Below are positions 35,072 to 42,000 of a stretch of 42,000 bases of DNA, piece by piece. Source of the DNA: a virus (taxonomy: Duplodnaviria > Caudoviricetes); the IMG/VR virus record IMGVR_UViG_3300046786_000257, positions 1-42,000 of that record; one strand, given 5' to 3'. The position numbers and the translations under genes were made by a program. Each line of letters starts with the position of its first letter. Position 1 is the stretch's first letter. The notes beneath the pieces are model-generated. The model had not been told where the DNA came from and did no database searches. It was given only the letters and a program-made list of their open reading frames with translations.

Positions 35072-36315
35072 ATACAGAAGCAACATTAATCTCAGCAGTT
35101 TGTAAGAATAAAGATATCAGCACACTGCTAGCAGATAACGTAGACGATCTATTTACTTCCCATAAAGATATTTGGGAAGGATTAAAGGCATACTACTATA
35201 AGTTTAAAGCCGTACCAGAAGCTGGAGTTTTGCTAGAAAAGTTTAAAGACTTTGAGATAGACACTAATGTAAAAGCTGAGACTGGCTACTATTTAGACAA
35301 GCTTAAAAATGAATACCTTTCTAACCGACTTAAGAATATCATTCTTAAAGGCGGCTCAATGCTTAAAGAAGATGCAGCCTCTAGAGTTTTATCAGAGATG
35401 CAGGCGCAGCTCGCAAGCCTATCTAAATTTACAAGCAATGTGCGAGACCTAGATGTAACAGATTCAGATGCTGCTGTTAGACACTTTGAAGCAACAAAGG
35501 TTCGCTCTGCAGAAATGGGTGGATCTCCAGGAATTAAAACTGGATTTCAGGCTATTGATTTGGCATACCCTACTGGAATGGCACCAGGACACCTTATCGT
35601 TGCTATTGGTTGGCCAGGGCGTGGTAAGACGTGGTTTACTTCATACCTAGCTTGCAAGGCTTGGGAGCAAGGCTTTAAGCCAATGATTGTTTCACTTGAA
35701 ATGTCTCCAGAGAATATGCGTGACCGTATCTACACTATGCTTGGTTCTGGATTGTTTAAGGCAAGTGAACTTGCAACTGGTGATATCAACCTTGATGATT
35801 TTAAGTCATGGTCGAATAAAAAGTTTGAGAATAAGAATGGCTTTGTTCTTGTTTCCAATGAGGGAATGGCAGAAGTTACACCAGCAACAATTCAAGGTAA
35901 GATTGACCAGCACAAACCTGACCTAGTTATTCTAGATTATCACCAGCTGTTTTCTGATAATAAAAAGAGCCAGGGTGCTACAGAGCGTAACATGAATATT
36001 TCACGTGAGTTCAAGATGCTTGCTATGACAAATAACATTCCAGTTATTGATATCACAGCGGCTACAATGGATGATGTATCTGATCAGGATAATCCTCCTA
36101 TGTTATCTCAGGTTGCATGGTCAAAAGCTATTGAGTATGATGCTGATATGGCTATTGCAATTCACAAATATACTGGGACTCAAATGGTTGAGGTTGTGTC
36201 ACGAAAGAACCGTCACGGCTCAGAGTTTGGTATGTACTTAGATTGGGATATCAATAGAGGTATCGTCAAAGAGATTTACGAGAACCCTTTCCAGAATGAC
36301 TCACAAAAGAATTAA
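35068..36315 (+). CDS. dnaB: Replicative DnaB-like helicase
   Basis: GWPGRGKT Walker A, SLEM, VILDYHQL, IEYDAD, KNRHG. Confidence 0.95.
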   Translation: MNTEATLISAVCKNKDISTLLADNVDDLFTSHKDIWEGLKAYYYKFKAVPEAGVLLEKFKDFEIDTNVKAETGYYLDKLKNEYLSNRLKNIILKGGSMLKEDAASRVLSEMQAQLASLSKFTSNVRDLDVTDSDAAVRHFEATKVRSAEMGGSPGIKTGFQAIDLAYPTGMAPGHLIVAIGWPGRGKTWFTSYLACKAWEQGFKPMIVSLEMSPENMRDRIYTMLGSGLFKASELATGDINLDDFKSWSNKKFENKNGFVLVSNEGMAEVTPATIQGKIDQHKPDLVILDYHQLFSDNKKSQGATERNMNISREFKMLAMTNNIPVIDITAATMDDVSDQDNPPMLSQVAWSKAIEYDADMAIAIHKYTGTQMVEVVSRKNRHGSEFGMYLDWDINRGIVKEIYENPFQNDSQKN

Positions 36316-36595
36316 AAGATTTCAGATTGAATTTTGTTCTGTAGATGACACTCAGATTATCAAGATGAAAGATCTATCTGAAAAGACTTTAGTTACTCAG
36401 ATGAGAGATTCTGGGTATATAAGAGTACTTGACATAGACCCAACACTTAATATAGAATTCAACGGAACAACATTTAGATACCTTATGACAATTCATGGGG
36501 TTTACGTAGGAAAGAAGCAGGCATGGCAATTAGAGGGTATAACACAAAACAAGTTGATACCACGCACTACGCCCCAGCACACATCAAATCAATAA
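36296..36595 (+). CDS. Hypothetical protein
   Basis: ORF between helicase and primase, overlapping both. Confidence 0.65.
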   Translation: MTHKRIKRFQIEFCSVDDTQIIKMKDLSEKTLVTQMRDSGYIRVLDIDPTLNIEFNGTTFRYLMTIHGVYVGKKQAWQLEGITQNKLIPRTTPQHTSNQ

Positions 36596-37518
36596 TTAAA
36601 TCTATTGGTTTAGATGTTGTTGGAGAGACAAACAACGATTTCCTATGCTACTGTCCATTTCATTCCAATAGACATACTTCAAGCTTTAGCGTAAGTCGTG
36701 AGAAGGGTGCGTTCATTTGCTTTAATCCTTCCTGCGGTGAAGCTGGAACCCTATTAGATCTTGTTAAGCGTACTATGCAAAAGAATGATTTTGAAGCTAT
36801 GCGATTTATTTCTTCTATGGAAACGGAAGCTCTAGAGAACTTTGATGAGTTGTTATCTGAGGCAATGTTGGATACACCAGACTTCGATACCTTCTCACAG
36901 GAAACAATTAATAGACTTCATGCAGATCTAGCTGGATATAAGCCTGCAAGAGATTACTTAGAGTCTAGAAGAATTAATTCTGACTCAATGAAATACTTTT
37001 TATTAGGTTACTCTCATCCAATGAGCATGGTTGTGACTCCAGTTCATAGCCCATTTGGTGATCCAATCGGTATTGTTGGCAGATCAATTGAAGGAAAATC
37101 TTTTAAGAACAGTACCAACCTTCCTAAAAGCAAAACTCTTTTCAATGTTCATCGTGCTAAGAAAATTGGAGAGCATGTAATAGTTGTAGAGTCTAACTTT
37201 GATGCAATTAGAATTCATCAGGCTGGCTTTCCAAATGTTGTTGCAACACTAGGTGGATTCTTGTCGGCAGACCAGCAGCATTTGTTGAATAGATATTTTA
37301 ATAAAATTACTATCATGACTGATGCTGATAAAGCTGGAAGAGATTTGGGACTTAGCATTGCTACCAAATTAAGAATGAAGGATATTATGTGGGCCTCTTA
37401 TGAATATGGCAAGGTTTTCCCGCATGATGCAAAGGATGCTGGCGATATGACCGATGATGAGATTAAAGCCTGTATTAAAAATGCGGTGTCAGATATTGAA
37501 TACCGCTCATGGAAATGA
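36523..37518 (+). CDS. dnaG: DNA primase (CHC2 zinc finger plus TOPRIM)
   Basis: CPFH...CFNPSC, VVESNFD, DADKAG, KDAGD. Confidence 0.93.
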   Translation: MAIRGYNTKQVDTTHYAPAHIKSIIKSIGLDVVGETNNDFLCYCPFHSNRHTSSFSVSREKGAFICFNPSCGEAGTLLDLVKRTMQKNDFEAMRFISSMETEALENFDELLSEAMLDTPDFDTFSQETINRLHADLAGYKPARDYLESRRINSDSMKYFLLGYSHPMSMVVTPVHSPFGDPIGIVGRSIEGKSFKNSTNLPKSKTLFNVHRAKKIGEHVIVVESNFDAIRIHQAGFPNVVATLGGFLSADQQHLLNRYFNKITIMTDADKAGRDLGLSIATKLRMKDIMWASYEYGKVFPHDAKDAGDMTDDEIKACIKNAVSDIEYRSWK

Positions 37519-37524
37519 TATAAT
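37496..37524 (+). promoter_or_regulatory. Promoter TTGAAT-17-TATAAT with TG extension for the SSB gene
   Basis: TGATATAAT 37516-37524. Confidence 0.7.
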
Positions 37525-37572
37525 AGTAGTAACAGATGGATATATACCATCACATACAACAAGGAGATATAA

Positions 37573-38250
37573 ATGGGTATCGTAAAAGGTCTTAAGGGAC
37601 TTAATCAAGTAATGGACAAGCCTTCTTACTCAGAAGGAGATGGAACAAAAGCTCGTTGGGCTAAGCTAGAAGATGCAGAAAGCGTTAAGATTCGCTTTTT
37701 ACAGGAGTTAGATCCTGATTCACCAACATACAATGAAAAGAACGGCCTAGGATTTATTGCCGTTGAACACACAAATCCAAAAGACTATCGTCGCAAGGCG
37801 CTGTGCACCATGGAAGACCAAGGTAAGTGCTATGGTTGCGAGCAACATCGTAAGGACTACAAGGCGGGATGGAAGGGTCGTTCACGACTTTACATCAACG
37901 TGCTAGTTGATGACGGTAAGGAAGATCCTTACGTTGCAATTCTTTCACAGGGTTCAAGTGGCAAAACAATTACACCTACACTTATTGAATACGCTGGAGA
38001 AATGGGATCTATCACAAATCTCATGTGGCGTATTAAACGCTCTGGTACAAAAACAGATACCAGCTACACAATCATCCCTTTGGCTAAGGATGAAGCTCCT
38101 TTTGATAGCTCAGCTCTTGAGCTATACGATTTGGAAACAACAGCAGTTCGTGATCTTCCATATGTAGAGCAGGATGCATTCTTTGCAGGAGAAAATGGAC
38201 ACGCAGAAGAAGAGTCAAGCTCTTCAACCAGTAGCAGCCTAGACTGGTAA
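37573..38250 (+). CDS. Single-stranded DNA-binding protein (T4 gp32-like)
   Basis: VKIRFL; His and Cys ligands (C...CYGC); IKRSG.KTDTSY; acidic/Ser tail ending LDW; strong SD. Confidence 0.8.
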   Translation: MGIVKGLKGLNQVMDKPSYSEGDGTKARWAKLEDAESVKIRFLQELDPDSPTYNEKNGLGFIAVEHTNPKDYRRKALCTMEDQGKCYGCEQHRKDYKAGWKGRSRLYINVLVDDGKEDPYVAILSQGSSGKTITPTLIEYAGEMGSITNLMWRIKRSGTKTDTSYTIIPLAKDEAPFDSSALELYDLETTAVRDLPYVEQDAFFAGENGHAEEESSSSTSSSLDW

Positions 38251-38261
38251 TTAATTAAAGT

Positions 38262-38295
38262 CGGGGCCAGTCTATTGACTGGCCCCGTTTTGTTT
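38262..38295 (+). terminator. Intrinsic terminator after the SSB gene
   Basis: CGGGGCCAGTC-TATT-GACTGGCCCCG followed by TTTTGTTT. Confidence 0.92.
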
Positions 38296-38303
38296 GATAG
38301 AAT
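38275..38303 (+). promoter_or_regulatory. Promoter TTGACT-17-TAGAAT with TG extension, embedded in the terminator; probably leaderless
   Basis: -35 spans the hairpin loop and 3' arm; TGATAGAAT 38295-38303; ATG 38310. Confidence 0.7.
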
Positions 38304-38309
38304 GACCAC

Positions 38310-38516
38310 ATGATTTCATACGAGATACCAGATCCATTTGAGACTTTTGTTGCAAACAAATATAAATCGGCTGTAGGATTGAAGTACGACTTCTTTGCTA
38401 AAGAATGGTATTTGAAAACAGCATGCTGTGGCGAAGAACTTTATGCACCAAATAAAAAAACAATGACTAAGATTAGACTTTATCATACAAGAAATGAATG
38501 TTTAGGCGGATACTAA
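38310..38516 (+). CDS. Small Cys/His-containing protein
   Basis: ACCG...HTRNEC; TAATG coupling to dnaE. Confidence 0.7.
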   Translation: MISYEIPDPFETFVANKYKSAVGLKYDFFAKEWYLKTACCGEELYAPNKKTMTKIRLYHTRNECLGGY

Positions 38517-41500
38517 TGAGCTTTACACACTTACATGTTCACTCATATTACTCTTTAATGGATGGACTTAATTCTCCAAAGGAGCTATGTCAGGCTGCTT
38601 TAGATGCTGGACAAACAGCAATTGCAATTACTGACCATGGAACACTGGCCTCACATCGTGATATGCAGATAGCCGCAAAGGAGCTTGGCATTAAGCCGAT
38701 CCTTGGAGTTGAAGCTTACATCTCACCGACAGATAGATTCGATAGGTCATCTAAAACAGATAAGTCTATTCAGGCTTATAACCACATCATCCTCCTTGCT
38801 AAAAACAAAAAGGGGCTTGAGAATATTAATGCCCTACAAGAGATTGCATGGAACGAAGGCTTTTATCATAAGCCACGTATTGACAGAGAGGTTTTAAATG
38901 AATATAAAGAAGGTATTATTGTCCTTTCTGGATGCCTTAACGGGCTTATTTCTAAGGCTATTGAAAAGGGAGAATTTGGAGAAGCGAAACTCCTTCTACA
39001 AGGCTTTAAGAAAACTTTTTCTGAAGACTTTTATGTTGAGGTACAGTCTCACAACCCGACAGAAATAAATTCAAAACTACTTGAAATTGCAGACGAGCTT
39101 AAAATTAAAGCGGTGGCAACAGGAGATGCCCATTTTGCTAAAGAAGAAGATAGAATTCTAGAAGAAGCACTGCTCATCTTGTCTACATCACCAAAGGTAG
39201 ATAAGGAAACAGACTTTGAGATGTCTAGAAACATGAAGGATATGCTAGATCGCTTTAATTATTTATATCCAGATAGACGTATCTCATTTCAAGACTATAA
39301 CCTATTTATTCAGTCACGCTCAGAGATTGAGGCTGACTTCAATAAGGCTGGAATCTCACGTACTGATATTTATGAGAATACAATGGAGATTGCCAATAAG
39401 GTAGGAGAGTATGACTTTTATCAAGGATTAGACCTTCTGCCAGTCCCAAAGACAGACGCTGATGAAAAGCTTAAGGCTATGGCTTATGAGGGCTTAGAGA
39501 GGCTTCAGAAGGCTTCAGATGAGGTCTATGTGGCCCGTGTAGAAGAAGAACTTGGGATTATTGCTCAAAAGAACTTTGCATCTTACTTCTTGGTTATCGC
39601 AGATATGATTAATTGGGCTAAAACAAATAATATTAAGGTTGGCCCTGGACGAGGATCCGCAGCAGGGTCACTAGTTTGCTACACACTTGGTATTACAGAT
39701 GTGGACCCAATTAAATATGACCTTCTTTTTTTCCGATTTATTAATCCAGAGCGTAATGACTTTCCAGATATTGATACAGACTTTGAGGACCGTCGACGTA
39801 AAGAAGTAAAGGATTATTTGAAGAAAAAGTTTAAGCACGTTGCTTCTATCTCGACATACACTTATTTTAAAGATAAGGGAGTTGTACGAGATGCTGCACG
39901 AGTATTTATGATTCCATTACAGGAAGTTAATCGTGCATTGAAGTCTGTAGACACCTTTGAGGATTTTGCAGAGTCTCCAAATACTAAAGAGTTCAGATTA
40001 AAGTATCCAGAAGTTGTTTGGCTTGCCGAAAGACTGCGTGGAAGAATTAGATCTGTTGGTGTTCATGCTGCTGGAGTTGTTGTTGCAAAAGATGACCTAA
40101 GAAAGTTTGCTCCAGTTGAGTCAAGAGAAGACTCACAAGATAAGGTGTCTGGCCGTATCCCAGTTGTTGCATATGACATGGATACAGTTGCGGACATCGG
40201 ACTTATCAAGCTAGATGCCCTTGGACTTAAAACACTATCTGTTATTTCAGATACACTTCAGTCTATTAAAGAGCGACACAAGAAAGATATTAATCTTTCA
40301 GAGCTTACCTTAGAAGACCCCAAGGTATATAAAATGCTTAACGAAGGTTACACTAAGGGAGTCTTTCAGGCAGAAGCAACACCATACACAAACCTTCTGA
40401 TTAAAATGGGTGTTGATAAGTTTGAAGATCTTGCAGCATCAAATGCTTTGGTTCGTCCAGGTGCGATGAACACAGTTGGAGCTGCTTATATTAATCGTAA
40501 GCAGGGTCGTGAGGCAGTTGAATTTACACATACCATCCTTAAGCCTTTTACAGAGAATACATATGGTGTTATCATTTATCAGGAACAGGTTATGCAGGCA
40601 TGCGTATATTTAGGAGGGATGTCATGGTCTGAGGCTGATAAGGTTCGTAAGATCATCGGTAAAAAGAAAGATGCAAAAGAGTTTGACCAGTTCAAGGATC
40701 AGTTTATTGATGGGGCTTCAAAGCACATTGCTAAGAAAAAGGCGGAAGAGCTTTGGCATGACTTTGAGGCACATGCTGGGTATTCTTTTAACCGCTCTCA
40801 TGCTGTTGCTTACTCCATGCTTTCTTATTATACTGCTTGGCTTAAAACTTATTACCCTCTTGAATTTATGTTTTCAATCCTTAAGAATGAAAATGATAAG
40901 GACGCCAGAACAGAATACCTAATTGAGGCTAAGCGCCTAGGGCTTCGTGTAAAGCTTCCGCATATTAATGAGTCTGATTTGTACTTCTCTTTAAAGGGAG
41001 ACAGTATTGTGTTTGGTCTTGCAGAAGTAAAGTTTATTTCAGATAGCATTGCAAATAAGATTATGGAACGCAGACCATTCTCAAATTATGCTGAGTTTAT
41101 CGATAAGGCATCTACAAAGGGAAGCGGAATTAATAGTAGAGCGATATCTGCATTAAATGCAATTGGCGGCGCAGCATTTGAAGATAACCCAAGGCAGGGA
41201 AATGAGAAGGATAATTACTACGAGTACCTTGGTATTCCGACATTCAACTTGGACCTTCCACCAAGAATTAAATCTCAGGCTAGACCAATTGAAGAGTTTG
41301 ATGACCTAGGATCCTTTGTAATGTTTGGAATGGTCAAGGGCATTAAAAGAGGAACAGGCTGGGCAAGAGTTGAGCTTGTAGATGAAACTGGAACAATTGG
41401 GCTATTTCATACAGAGCAAACGCAAATTGAGACAGGGCAGATGTACTTTATCCTTGTTGGAGATAATAGAATTGCTCGCTATATTAAGGTTAGTGATATT

Positions 41501-41782
41501 GATCCTAAATCCGCAGACTTGTTCGTAGACTATCTATATAGAAAAGAATATGACCTGCAAGAAGATGAGTATATAGTCGTAAACTTTACTCCGTATACAA
41601 CAAAGGCAGGCAAGCAGATGAGCCACATTATTCTTTCAAATAGGGATAAAGAGCTTACCAGAGCAATTGTTTTCCCATCTATGTACAAGATGTCATTGGC
41701 TAAAATGCGTGAGGGAATGAAGTGTAAGGTTGTTCTGTCTAAACTGGACGATGGAACTTTAATGGTAAAGGAAATTAAATGA
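38516..41782 (+). CDS. dnaE: DNA polymerase III alpha subunit (family C)
   Basis: HLHVHS.YSLMDG PHP domain, GPGRGSAAGS, PDIDTDF, HAAGVV, KLDALGL, YSFNRSHA. Confidence 0.97.
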   Translation: MSFTHLHVHSYYSLMDGLNSPKELCQAALDAGQTAIAITDHGTLASHRDMQIAAKELGIKPILGVEAYISPTDRFDRSSKTDKSIQAYNHIILLAKNKKGLENINALQEIAWNEGFYHKPRIDREVLNEYKEGIIVLSGCLNGLISKAIEKGEFGEAKLLLQGFKKTFSEDFYVEVQSHNPTEINSKLLEIADELKIKAVATGDAHFAKEEDRILEEALLILSTSPKVDKETDFEMSRNMKDMLDRFNYLYPDRRISFQDYNLFIQSRSEIEADFNKAGISRTDIYENTMEIANKVGEYDFYQGLDLLPVPKTDADEKLKAMAYEGLERLQKASDEVYVARVEEELGIIAQKNFASYFLVIADMINWAKTNNIKVGPGRGSAAGSLVCYTLGITDVDPIKYDLLFFRFINPERNDFPDIDTDFEDRRRKEVKDYLKKKFKHVASISTYTYFKDKGVVRDAARVFMIPLQEVNRALKSVDTFEDFAESPNTKEFRLKYPEVVWLAERLRGRIRSVGVHAAGVVVAKDDLRKFAPVESREDSQDKVSGRIPVVAYDMDTVADIGLIKLDALGLKTLSVISDTLQSIKERHKKDINLSELTLEDPKVYKMLNEGYTKGVFQAEATPYTNLLIKMGVDKFEDLAASNALVRPGAMNTVGAAYINRKQGREAVEFTHTILKPFTENTYGVIIYQEQVMQACVYLGGMSWSEADKVRKIIGKKKDAKEFDQFKDQFIDGASKHIAKKKAEELWHDFEAHAGYSFNRSHAVAYSMLSYYTAWLKTYYPLEFMFSILKNENDKDARTEYLIEAKRLGLRVKLPHINESDLYFSLKGDSIVFGLAEVKFISDSIANKIMERRPFSNYAEFIDKASTKGSGINSRAISALNAIGGAAFEDNPRQGNEKDNYYEYLGIPTFNLDLPPRIKSQARPIEEFDDLGSFVMFGMVKGIKRGTGWARVELVDETGTIGLFHTEQTQIETGQMYFILVGDNRIARYIKVSDIDPKSADLFVDYLYRKEYDLQEDEYIVVNFTPYTTKAGKQMSHIILSNRDKELTRAIVFPSMYKMSLAKMREGMKCKVVLSKLDDGTLMVKEIK

Positions 41783-41967
41783 TTGATGATGTCGATGAGA
41801 TCGCAAAGTCTTTAAATATTAATAAGATATTAATCTCTGTTCTAGAGTCAGTTGGAGAAGTAAGAGTCCCAGCTCTTACATTTTTAGATGGCAACGATGA
41901 CAAAGTTTTAGTAGTAGAGTATGATGAAGTAAATTCTTCATTCATTTTTAAATTAAAGGATAAGTAA
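41779..41967 (+). CDS. Hypothetical protein
   Basis: ATGA overlap with the dnaE stop; SD AAGGA. Confidence 0.65.
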   Translation: MIDDVDEIAKSLNINKILISVLESVGEVRVPALTFLDGNDDKVLVVEYDEVNSSFIFKLKDK

Positions 41968-42000
41968 ATGGAATTGGTGACAGATTATGGACTGGATGCA
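41968..42000 (+). CDS. 5' end of a gene truncated by the window edge (MELVTDYGLDA...)
   Basis: ATG directly after the previous stop, with SD AAGGA; only 11 codons visible. Confidence 0.45.
   Translation, partial: MELVTDYGLDA

Noticed and set aside
13179-40922. Short plus-strand ORFs nested out of frame in long genes (e.g. 13179, 14416, 15564, 22706, 35468, 40671)
   Set aside because: Composition is typical of off-frame reading and there are no initiation signals
35068-41782. Inteins or introns in DnaB, primase or DnaE
   Set aside because: Lengths are normal, catalytic motifs are contiguous, and no splice-junction or LAGLIDADG motifs were seen
1-42000. tRNA genes, CRISPR arrays, integrase/att sites, IS elements
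   Set aside because: Intergenic gaps are short and explained by promoters or terminators; no cloverleaf, spaced repeats or recombinase/transposase motifs were seen

Overview
This window is a 42-kb, all plus-strand, AT-rich segment of a large lytic siphovirus. By inference it resembles the Streptomyces BE/BK-type phages and uncultured freshwater actinobacterial phages. Gene order: (1) a run of six 2OG-Fe(II) oxygenase-type genes plus one DUF6065-like gene (1-4845); (2) a collagen-like fibre and a LamG protein; (3) head genes (portal, protease-scaffold, major capsid); (4) neck and tail genes with a -1 frameshifted tail assembly chaperone; (5) a 2554-aa tape measure protein (TMP); (6) baseplate and fibre genes; (7) a replication block (metallophosphoesterase, HTH protein, DnaB, primase, gp32-like SSB, DnaE). 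The main observation lies inside the TMP. Between two hydrophobic segments are two non-helical cassettes of almost equal length (304 and 303 aa). Each opens with the same 18-residue leader, NxGGxxGGxVxxxxxNYG. The second cassette has a clear R-S-E ADP-ribosyltransferase signature and the first has a possible His-Me nuclease motif. This suggests the TMP is a modular carrier that injects effectors into the host. Also seen: repeated extended -10 promoters that appear to drive leaderless mRNAs, terminators overlapping promoters, and an in-frame stop in the first gene. No tRNA, CRISPR array, intein, integrase or terminase was recognised. All calls come from reading motifs by eye; no database search was run.
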